NCBI GenBank assembly: GCA_040954595.2
Contig: CM082594.2
Coordinates: 5,813,319-5,877,318, forward strand
Reading direction: 5' to 3'
Source: Balanoglossus misakiensis
Taxonomy: Eukaryota; Animalia; Hemichordata
Length of the DNA stretch: 64,000 bases
Below the pieces are notes generated by a model. The model was not told where the DNA came from and did not search any database. It worked only from the letters and a program-made list of their open reading frames with translations. The position numbers were made by a program, and so were the translations under genes. Positions 1-9,016 of this stretch are shown piece after piece (the stretch's first letter is position 1; every line of letters begins with the position of its first letter).

Positions 1-23
1 TAGGGTTTTTTCTTGTGTTTCAG

Positions 24-115
24 TTTTCCGAGCCGAAGACTCAAACACACACCGGCATCTGACTGAGTTTATCGGTCTGGATTTGGAGATGGCTTTCAAC
101 TATCACTACCACGAG
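24..115 (+). CDS. DARS1: Cytoplasmic aspartyl-tRNA synthetase, internal exon (class II motif 2); gene starts upstream of the window
   Basis: Acceptor tttcag at 18-23, donor GTAAG at 116. Translates (V)[30 protein letters not shown], the AspRS motif-2 signature. Confidence 0.96.
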
Positions 116-310
116 GTAAGAAACAGCGCTTATTATTAAGAAATATTTCACACATGCATCTCAATGTATTGCACACTTTTGATATAGTGGGCTCTTATAC
201 ACCAAGAATCTAAATTGTGTCTGCTTATGTGAGAGACAAGTATATAGTCAGGATTATAATGATAATCATGTACTTAAACACAGAGCCAACTTTTTTTTCA
301 TGCTTTGCAG

Positions 311-513
311 GTTATTGATGTCATCGGAGACATGTTTGTACAAATCTTCAGAGGCCTGCAAAAGAGATGCACCGAGGAGATTGGTGTTGTGGGCAAGCAG
401 TATCCGTCTGAGCCATTTAAATTCCTGGATCCGTCACTGAGGCTGGAATATCACGAAGGCATCCATATGCTGCAGGAAGCTGGGTTTGAGATCGGAGCTG
501 AAGATGATCTGAG
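311..513 (+). CDS. DARS1: Aspartyl-tRNA synthetase, internal exon
   Basis: ttgcag acceptor at 305-310, GTGAG donor at 514. VIDVIGDMFVQIFRGLQKR...QYPSEPFKFLDPSLRLEYHEGIHMLQEAG...EDDL(S). Phase 0 in, phase 2 out, matching the neighbouring exons. Confidence 0.95.
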
Positions 514-620
514 GTGAGAACCGAGCCAGTTCAAATTAAAATGGACATTTCTTCAGAAAATGGATATTTCTTTCTTTGCTGTAGGGAATGATAAATGTTG
601 GTTTAAATATTCCCTTTCAG

Positions 621-744
621 TACCCCGGCCGAGAAGTTGCTTGGCAAGTTGGTGAAGGCCAAGTACGACACTGATTTCTTCATTCTGGACAAGTATCCAC
701 TGGACGTGAGACCATTCTACACAATGCCTGATCCGTCAAACTCA
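621..744 (+). CDS. DARS1: Aspartyl-tRNA synthetase, internal exon
   Basis: tttcag acceptor at 615-620, GTGAGT donor at 745. (S)[41 protein letters not shown]. Confidence 0.96.
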
Positions 745-922
745 GTGAGTGAGCAGTCTTTGTTTTTGAAACGGTTATTCTTGTCAACTTGGAAAAAGCA
801 GATATAATTGCTTTATTTGAAGGGTTGCTGTTTTTATGTCTGAACAAACTAGATTTGGATTGAATTACTCAGGTAGGCATCAATGATGAAGGGCTAAATG
901 GGGATATTTTTTGTTTCTGTAG

Positions 923-1034
923 AAATTGTCCAATTCGTATGATATGTTCATGCGCGGTGAAGAGATCCTGTCGGGAGCTCAGCGAATCCACGATCCAGAG
1001 TTGTTGACAGAGAGAGCCAAGACGCATGGTGTCG
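923..1034 (+). CDS. DARS1: Aspartyl-tRNA synthetase, internal exon
   Basis: ctgtag acceptor at 917-922, GTAAGT donor at 1035. [37 protein letters not shown]. Confidence 0.96.
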
Positions 1035-1145
1035 GTAAGTGGAGCTGATTGTGAACATAATCTCAGGTGAAACTGTCAGAAGCAGAAAGAGAATGAAACT
1101 GCCTCAGTGCGATGTAGGATCTTGCTCTGCTGTGAATGTCATATC

Positions 1146-1430
1146 TGTGCTGGAGGGATCAAGTGGCAAATTGCATGGTGCTAGGGGATCAAATGGCATA
1201 TCACAATGCGCTTGGGGGATCAATTAACATGTAACATGGTGCTAGGGGATCAACTAACATATCACATGGTGCTAGGGGATCAGGTGGCATATCACAATGT
1301 GCTAGGGGATCAAGTAACATTTCACGTGGTGCTAGGGGATCAGGTGGCATATCACAGGGTGCTAGGGGATCAGTTAACAAATCACAAGGTGCTAGGGGTT
1401 TCATTTGAAAATAACTTGGTGCCAAGGGTT
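1146..1430. repeat. 30-bp minisatellite in the last DARS1 intron, about 9-10 diverged copies
   Basis: Unit approximately GGTGCTAGGGGATCARRTRRCATATCACAT; 'gctaggggat' recurs every 30 nt from about 1180 to 1400. Confidence 0.92.
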
Positions 1431-1983
1431 GCAACATATGTTTGTGCACATTTACATGTTTTATTTTACTGACTTAAGAGTGAACAAGTAACTGGTGTGG
1501 TTTGCAACATGCTATGCAAAACCGTGAAAGTTAACTGCTCTAGTGCAAGCAATTACCAACTAATACCACAAATTCAGCAAGTTTCGGGATGCGCTTTTTG
1601 CACAGTCACATTTGAGATTGCAGTGTATTAAGTCGCTCCTGCATTTACTCGCTTGAGCTGGCTGCGACATTTGATCGGCACTCTCTCACGGAACTGAGGT
1701 TCTGGGTTCAATTCTTTTGGGTGAGCCACCTGCAGTCATTTAACTGTAGGTTAGAGTGGAACCCACTAAAAATTAAATGTAAACTGGCTTAGTTAACATG
1801 TATGCCGGACGTTTCGAATCAGAGACAGAAAACAGAGGAAGAGGTAATGGAAAATAAGAGGTAGGTTAGAAAAACGAGAAAGAAAGAAAAAAGTGGTATA
1901 ATTTCAAATTTTTTTGAATTAACATGCCGTACATTCTGCAGACATCATCATATAATTCCTTGTTGTTTTTTTGCCCCCAATAG

Positions 1984-2147
1984 GTCTGGAATCTATCAAG
2001 CCGTACATCGACTCCTTCCGGTATGGGGCACCTCCTCATGCCGGCGGTGGAATTGGACTGGAAAGAGTGACCATGCTCTTCCTGGGACTGGATAACATCC
2101 GGAAAACCTCGCTATTCCCACGCGATCCAAAGAGACTCACTCCTTGA
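1984..2147 (+). CDS. DARS1: Aspartyl-tRNA synthetase, terminal coding exon (class II motif 3)
   Basis: Pyrimidine tract plus TAG acceptor at 1981-1983. (G)[53 protein letters not shown], with TGA at 2145-2147. This is the typical eukaryotic cytosolic AspRS C-terminus. Confidence 0.97.
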
Positions 2148-2319
2148 GCGTATCGTAGCTTTTTGCTGAATAGAAGGCAGGAATGGCTTGAAATTTTCAA
2201 ATACTGTCAGCCATCAAGTTAACAAACTTTCTTTGAGCTCTGTCTCTGTTGTCGGTGATTTCATGTATTTAAACTTCTATTCATGGTCTTATTTTAACAT
2301 GTGACCGTGACTGTTTGAA

Positions 2320-2325
2320 AATAAA
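2320..2325 (+). terminator. Candidate polyadenylation signal of DARS1 (alternative AATAAA at 2639-2644)
   Basis: AATAAA hexamer about 170 nt after the stop codon; a second one lies about 490 nt after it. Confidence 0.45.
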
Positions 2326-2712
2326 GTTTTACAAGAATAGTATGTCATGAAAACTGATGATGAGGATGTGATTAAATGATTAAAATGAAATAAATTCAGT
2401 ATTTCAAAATCCGTCTGCTTGTTCTTGTCACTGTGTGAGCTGATAGCTGTAGACCAATCTTTATTTCTGTAAGGATAAGAGAATAACATTATTGTTTCGC
2501 AGTACCTTGACATCTCAAATGAATTTCAGTGTGTGGGAGAGGAATCCTTGGCACCAACTTTTTATAAACTAGCACGCTTGTGGCCACCTCTGTACCCTGG
2601 GATAGTCGAAATGTCTAAGTACTTGTACGTGGTACCTCAATAAACAGAGGCTCAGTTGAGTTGTGACAAGAAGGGATTAAGCATGTGAGCAAAACAACAG
2701 AAAGAAAACTAA

Positions 2713-2947
2713 GGGACCGTTCAGTTTTTACGGGTGGGGGGGGGGGTCACTTAAATTTTGAAGTCCGAAAGGGTCATCGTTTTTTTAAAATGTTTAGGGG
2801 CGGGGGGGGGGGGGGGGGGGGGGTCACTTACTTTTGCCACAAGACTTTTGCTTTTGAGTCGACAAAATTGGAGTTTAGCGCTCTTTATTTTACAAAATTT
2901 TCTAATGTGGGAGGGGGACACCCCAGCCGTAAATGCTGAACGGTCCC
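2713..2947. mobile_element. PIF/Harbinger (Tourist-like) MITE, 235 bp
   Basis: TIRs GGGACCGTTCAGtttttacgggtgggg / ccccagccgtaaatgCTGAACGGTCCC (about 27 bp, 3 mismatches), flanked by TAA on both sides (2710-2712, 2948-2950). Internal poly-G runs. Confidence 0.85.
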
Positions 2948-3280
2948 TAATATAGGCAAAACATTGTCTGTAGAAGTGAACTACTTTGTCCCTTTAAAAT
3001 AAGGCAACCAGTTGTCTCTTCCTGTCCACACAGGTGCAAATCAGACCGTTAATATCGAGCGCCATTATACATTCATCCTTACAGTTGAGAGTTTCCAAGC
3101 CACATGATCTGGAAATTGCAGATGGATAATCTTGCGAAACAAGTGATGAATATTTGGTCTGCCCGCTGTCGCTCCAGAGAGTCGCTGACCCTCTCGAGAG
3201 TCGATCGGTCAAAGTGTTTCCACGGAGATGGAACAGAACTGACTCAGTGCATGGTATGTTTAATTTGTACGTTGTATGTA

Positions 3281-3454
3281 CTGTAAAACACTTTATTTTC
3301 GCGAGTTAAAATTTTCGCAATATCGAGAGAGGCCACTGTTAAGCGTTCTCTTATTTCATTCACTGCATCGTTATCTTCAAAAACAATTTACGCTATTTTG
3401 GCGCTCGCATATATGGCGAAAATTAAATGCTCGCGAAAATAAAGTGTTTTACAG
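3281..3454. mobile_element. Tc1/mariner-type MITE (TA target duplication), copy 1
   Basis: Perfect 25-bp TIR CTGTAAAACACTTTATTTTCGCGAG ... CTCGCGAAAATAAAGTGTTTTACAG, with TA at 3279-3280 and 3455-3456. Confidence 0.88.
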
Positions 3455-3636
3455 TAAGTTTATGTCATGATCGATGGGAGGTCGCTGGTATGAGGCTACA
3501 GATCGCCGAGTACTTCTGACGAATTAATGCTAGTCCTTCAAAAGTGCTCCATGCATACTTAAATATTTTGAAGTGCCCAAGGAGTTGTATTTTTAAGTCC
3601 TCCTTGCTGCGGTCCAAGTATTCACCAGCCCCTCCC

Positions 3637-3767
3637 TGACGTCATCAGTTATAAGGCCCCTTCCCCCCCCCCCCCCCCCCCAATCTCCCGCCCCAGAAGA
3701 TTTCGCGAACGCTGAGTGAAGACTGGCCTACTTCAAATGTCTAGAAGAACTTAGAGAATACGGAAAG
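3637..3767 (+). promoter_or_regulatory. Candidate promoter and short non-coding leader exon for the receptor exon at 5138
   Basis: Perfect CRE TGACGTCA at 3637-3644, TATAA at 3650-3654, GC-box CCCGCCCC at 3687-3694, and a consensus donor AAG|GTGAGT at 3767/3768. A possible acceptor tttccag ends at 5059, upstream of the ATG at 5138. Confidence 0.4.
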
Positions 3768-3785
3768 GTGAGTGTATAGTATTGT

Positions 3786-3926
3786 CAGTGTTTTTGTTAA
3801 GGGCGGTACCTAGGTAAAATCTACGGGAGTTCCCCAGTCATTTTACCAGGGCTCCCTTGGTTGTAGGAATGTTACCGGGGTTCCCAAATTCATTACCTAT
3901 GTTCCTCAACCTTAGCAAAAACACTG
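3786..3926. mobile_element. MITE with CAGTG termini and a 5-bp target duplication (hAT5-like)
   Basis: 17-bp TIR CAGTGTTTTTGtTAAGG / CCTTAgCAAAAACACTG (1 mismatch). Direct repeat ATTGT at 3781-3785 and 3927-3931. Confidence 0.8.
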
Positions 3927-3944
3927 ATTGTCCAGATCTAGAGA

Positions 3945-4135
3945 CTGTAAAACACTTTATTTTCGCGAGTTAAATTTTTCGCGATATCGAGAGAGGCCAC
4001 TGTTAGCGTTCTCTTATTTCATTCACTGCATCGTTATCCTCAAAAACAATATACACGACTTTTTATATTCACGCTATTTTGGCTCATGCGTATTTCGCGA
4101 AAATTAATTGCTCCCGAAAATAAAGTGTTTGACAG
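3945..4135. mobile_element. Tc1/mariner-type MITE, copy 2 (same family and orientation as 3281-3454)
   Basis: Same TIRs (2 mismatches in the right TIR) and same interior (gagagaggccactgtt...ctcttatttcattcactgcatcgttatc), with about 19 extra internal nt. TA on the right; the left TA appears mutated to GA. Confidence 0.87.
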
Positions 4136-5137
4136 TATATCTGTGTACAGTCATTGGGTGGCCATTTGTTATACCCGAGATGTTACTTTCACTTTAAACG
4201 CGCGTTTGTAATGTAACAAAATCGATGAACGACACATTGTGAATACTGTAACACACTGTACGTGCATACTGTAACATAGCTTAACCATACTGTTTGAACT
4301 AAAAATCATGAATATAAGCTGTAAAGGCGTAGCTACTAAGACCTTAAACTGAATACCACTCTTCGCGTATCTCTTAGTTCAGTGGAAAAATCCACCGGGG
4401 CCCACCGGCGAAAAAGTTGACTACTCCCTGACAGGAAGCAACACACATGATAAATTCACTACAGAGTCGTTTGTTGGGATGTTCAACATTGAATCTCAAC
4501 AAAAGTAATTCGTAAAGACATCACGTGTAGCTGTTATTAAAAGGGGATATGAGGGGTCAATTGAATGACACGCATTCTGGTTTGCCCGGTAGCATAGTAT
4601 TCAAACACGTAATTTTCTTGGAAAAAATTCTTGTCTTTGTCTACGGTAGTCTTTTCCGCAAGAGTGATTGATAGCTATATTTATTCAAAAGCAATATTGG
4701 ATGTTATTGCATGTGATGATTTGAAATCTCCGTGGTGACGGAATCTTAAGACGTGGATCATCATGCTAACTTGGCGAGGAGAAATGAGTATTTATTCACT
4801 GCGGGTTTGCTGTTGAGTATTTCTGCTGTCCTGTGTGCCATAGTGCCATTTCTCGGTTGATGTGTTCCATGCGAACACTGGTGTACGATTTAGGATAGTT
4901 TTGCTAACCTTTGGAAGTTGTGAGTTTGGGCTTTGCGGTAACCGGTGAGGCTTGGCTTTAAGTCTGGTTAACAAAAAGGCAGTAGATTCCGTGCAGATTT
5001 CGTTAATTAACAGTCATCCACAATCCACGATTTTAGAAAAAAAGTTCTCAAATTTCCAGACCTAGAGCTGTCTTAGAAGTTTGCAAACATTCGTTGTACA
5101 TTTACCTTAAACTTAAGTGGGGTTTCACCAATTTGTT

Positions 5138-5939
5138 ATGGAGGCAGTGAAAATGATCGCGGAGCTTCTCTGCTTTGGGTTGCTTTTGTGTCTTGTGCCA
5201 TCTACCTTTCCGGGCTTCTCGGCCAAAACTGCAGCTGGGGATGTTGTTGTGCCAGAGTTTGCCATCGCTGTTCTGGCAGATTTCGCCGAGAACAGGTGGA
5301 ACGCTGACCACCGACTGAACGGCGGCGGCGAATTAGCCGACCGACCCGTCGAGCGCGAAGGTGGTAGCCCGGCCACTGAGATCGACGATCTGGACAGGAT
5401 CGAGTCGGCGTTGCAACTGCCGACCTTGATGTCCAGTCTGGAGTTGGCGCTGGAGGCCGTCGACCGCAGCTTTTCCCCGTCGTTCGCCCTGAAACCGCTG
5501 GTCAACGACACGCAGTGTAACATCTACACAGCCGGCGGGCTGGCCGCGGACCTGCACTTCTTCGGACAGGTGACCGCCTTCTACATCCCCACCTGCCACG
5601 AGACCCCGGGCCACATCTCCCACCTCGTCGGCTACTGGAACCACCCCACCTTCAGCAGCATCTTCTCCGCGGAGACCACACACCGCACGGACTCCTTCAT
5701 CAACTTGGCCAGCTTCGAGAAGCTGGCCGCCGCCGCAGACACCTTCATTTTGCGCTTCGACTGGCAAAAGATAGGAATCCTGCGATGGAATGGGGCGTAT
5801 GTCGCCCTGTCCGACTGCCTCAATGACGTGCACGAGTCACACAACGGCACTGCCAGTAAGCTTAGCATCCTCGAGTCGCACGAACACGAAAACCCATTGG
5901 AAGATTCCCAATTCTTCCAGTTCCTTACATTCCACAGAG
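5138..5939 (+). CDS. First coding exon A of a natriuretic-peptide-receptor / membrane guanylyl cyclase-like protein (signal peptide plus N-terminal part of an ANF_receptor ectodomain), divergent
   Basis: ATG at 5138 (or 5153). Hydrophobic signal peptide LLCFGLLLCLVPSTFPG. Family pattern IAVL...LELALEAV...VNDTQC...AFYIPTC...HLVGYWNHP...FILRFDWQKIGIL. Strong GC3 bias. Donor AG|GTAAGC at 5939/5940, phase 1. Confidence 0.8.
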
Positions 5940-8803
5940 GTAAGCTCATTTACTCTGCTTCCCTCTGGCTGCGATTTATAAAACAAAACACATTACCGAA
6001 GTAATGTCAAACAAAAATTTAGGGAAACGGTGACCATCTCAGTTTTCCCTGCTGCGTCGTTTCGAAAAACACCGACCCACCCCCAGTAATTGCTGCCTAG
6101 TCCCTTTATTTCATTGTGAATTTCTCTCCTTGCGCCTCCCCTGCCGGAGAGCGCCCTCTCTTGTCACCGATTGTCACTTCTCTTCACAGGGAAGTCACGT
6201 ACCTCACTGTATATGATCACAACTGATGGTGTAGTTTCAACCTCGGTATTATTCCACTTTTCTCAAATGGTCTTATCCCCATCATTCTTTAGTGTATCTC
6301 CGTCTTGTTTCGGAAGATTGTACATGTATGGGTCAAAACCCACTCTCTTTATGGAGAATTTCATCGATGCTACGAGTCTATTAATTTTGTGTGTGTGAGG
6401 TTTTACAGTGCGTTTCAAGGACACCAACAAAACCTTTGCTTCGACGAACATTATCCCATTTACGTTACATTTAGGTTTTATGACAGTGGCAGTGGTTTTG
6501 GCTCATAGAGCAGCGAGACGTGCTTATGTTTCGTAGACAGATTTATAGAAATGGTGAATCATATAGAATAAGATGGATCCTGGTTGACTAATGTCTTGGA
6601 AGTCCGAAATGGTTTCATCATTTCTTTATTACCTTTGTCGGATTTTCTTTACAAAGTTATCCATTTTAGGGGTTCTTTATCATCTGGGTTTAGCCAAGCT
6701 TTGCGAGAAAGATGCGCGTTTATGGAGAGTAATGATGGTTTATGAGCAGTGAGGGCGTACTGACAGTAAAAACATTAGCGAAGATCTCCAATTCCTCATC
6801 TTAAGAAACAAATTCGCCTCTGGCCATAACAGTCCTATATTTAGTAATGGAACTGAACTTAATATAGTGAAATTCTAAGGAAAGGGATTAATAAAATATC
6901 AGTATGGGCAGATTTCTATAATGAAAAGAAATAATGCAGTCAATTTAGTGATTAAACAACACTGAGTACGGTATAAGTAACGGTTAGTGTGTTGTGTGAC
7001 AGCGCGTACGTGGACTATCTAGGCCTGGAAATATGACTGTTTTTCCTCTCAGTACTTCAGATTGAATATGGACGCACGTACTGCAAAATGCACACTTTTC
7101 ATCCCAGCTTCTTGGCGCTGAAAAAAAAAATTCGATACATATTGGTGTTATTAATATATCGCTGAATTGATTGATCATATTTACTTTCCAAATTCCGGTT
7201 AATGATATATATTCGGAAGCAAGCAATCAGCAATTTAAGTGGGCAGTCCGGTCTGTATCGAAGATGAATTGCAAACCTGCTGTTATATTGAGTCTGGTCA
7301 AAAATACAGTTTACAACAACTGTGTGAGTGATGTGTGAGACCAAGGTTATTACCCATCACAAGCCGACTATAACATTCATGTTGGTATCCAAATGACAGT
7401 TTAAAAATTCATACCTAAATCTTTCATGTGCAGTGTCGTATAGTCTGGATTATAACCAAGTAGGTAATTTCATGGATTTTCCTTCGAAATGGTTGCAGTT
7501 CATAGATGTTGCTTCGCTACTTTTATATTGTTTCACATGACTTCAGAATGAATTTTTCATGATCATACTCTGAGTCGTTCCCGACGACCGACCGACCTGC
7601 AAGTGTCTAGCGCGCAGCCACAACCGCAGGACAAGTGTCGGGAGTCATTTAATAGGTTCATTTAGAATTCCCATCCCAGGACAATAATCGAGTGCCAATC
7701 GAAATAAGCTTAAATGAGCCGTAACTACCCAATCTTTACAGCAGTAGCGCATGGTCGGTGCGAGTGTCTTTCGGGTATTAGGCCTAAATGTACAAAGTCG
7801 CCATATTGTGGCCATGTTCATAATCTCGGTGGATTTTCTGATTGTCTTCACGACTCTTGATCTGTTTTCAAACATGGTTTCCATCAGAGACAGTAGAGAT
7901 AATGTCTAAGCTTCCACCAACTGCTCGACGTAAGGTTATCCTTTTTCACTAAGACAGTGTGTCTTATGGTCCGACTGACTCAAATGTACAATCATATAAT
8001 AATGTATTTCTTGAAACGCCGACATTCTTTGAGTGAATATATTGTTTAATATATAGGCATTATAAATAGCAAAACAGCGCCAGCTTTTGAGCAAAATCCC
8101 CCCAGACTATCCCCTTCATTTCAATTCACAATCAGTACATTGCAAGATGTTTCCAGTGCGTCTGATGACAGAACAGTCATATCATCCAACCGAATTATTC
8201 CTCGTTCTTCTCCCATTAGAGAAATCGGTGCTTGTTTTTTAAAAGTTCATATGTTCCATCTCCTGGTGGGGAGTTGTCCCATCTGACCGCAGGTCACATA
8301 ATAGCGTTATTTCTTGAACCATCGTGCACCTTGCATTTCATTACATGTACATATCTCCTGTAAGTGGAAACATTTTGAGCTATGATATAAATATCATTGG
8401 TTGTAGATTTGTCAAAAGACATTTTTATCTTGGCTATGTTCTGTTTTAACCTGAATACTATTAATCTGCTCTATCGTATGCAATTTATTAGAATTGTAGA
8501 AAATAGGTCTATCGTCGTTTCGTTGTTTCGCCGTGTCGCTGTTTCATGTTTCGCCCATTCATTGTGTGAAGCCATCAATTACTGGGGTGTATTAATGATC
8601 GGATTAGGAGGCAATGAGCTGTTATATAAATTCACCCGTCTGCTGCAACAGCGGCGTCGACTTTGCAGGGCGTAAATTTGCGTTGATTTATTCATTAAAT
8701 TAGACCTTATTATCGTGCAAGGATGCACGTTTGTTGAAGGGCACTGTACTCGGCGATACAAAGCAAGGAGATCGTGGTTCGAATTTTGATCTGACACCAC
8801 ACA

Positions 8804-9016
8804 CATACATACATACATACATACATACATACATACATACATACATACATACATACATACATACATACATACATACATACATACATACATACAAACATAC
8901 GTACATACATACATACATGCATACATACATACATACATACATACATACATACATACATACATACATACATACATACATACATACATACATACATACATAC
9001 ATACATACATACATAC
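8804..9016. repeat. (CATA)n microsatellite, about 53 units
   Basis: Direct inspection; three interrupted units. Confidence 0.98.

Noticed and set aside
1201-1472. Repetitive ORFs on both strands (PLAPCDM.. / VLGDQ..)
   Set aside because: They are translations of the intronic 30-bp minisatellite, and the DARS1 exons splice across it in frame.
5102-5949. Antisense ORFs overlapping exon A (for example 5333-5833, 166 aa)
   Set aside because: These are shadow frames produced by the high GC3 of the sense exon, with no recognisable homology.
6020-6104. Degenerate Harbinger-like TIR (cccccagtaattgctgcctagtccc)
   Set aside because: Only one end resembles the 2713 element, and there is no clear TSD.
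8720-8800. tRNA-like B-box (GGTTCGAATT) before the CATA array; a similar GGGTTCAATTC at 1704-1714
   Set aside because: I could not build a cloverleaf or find a clear A-box. At most these are decayed tRNA-derived SINE heads, too weak to call.
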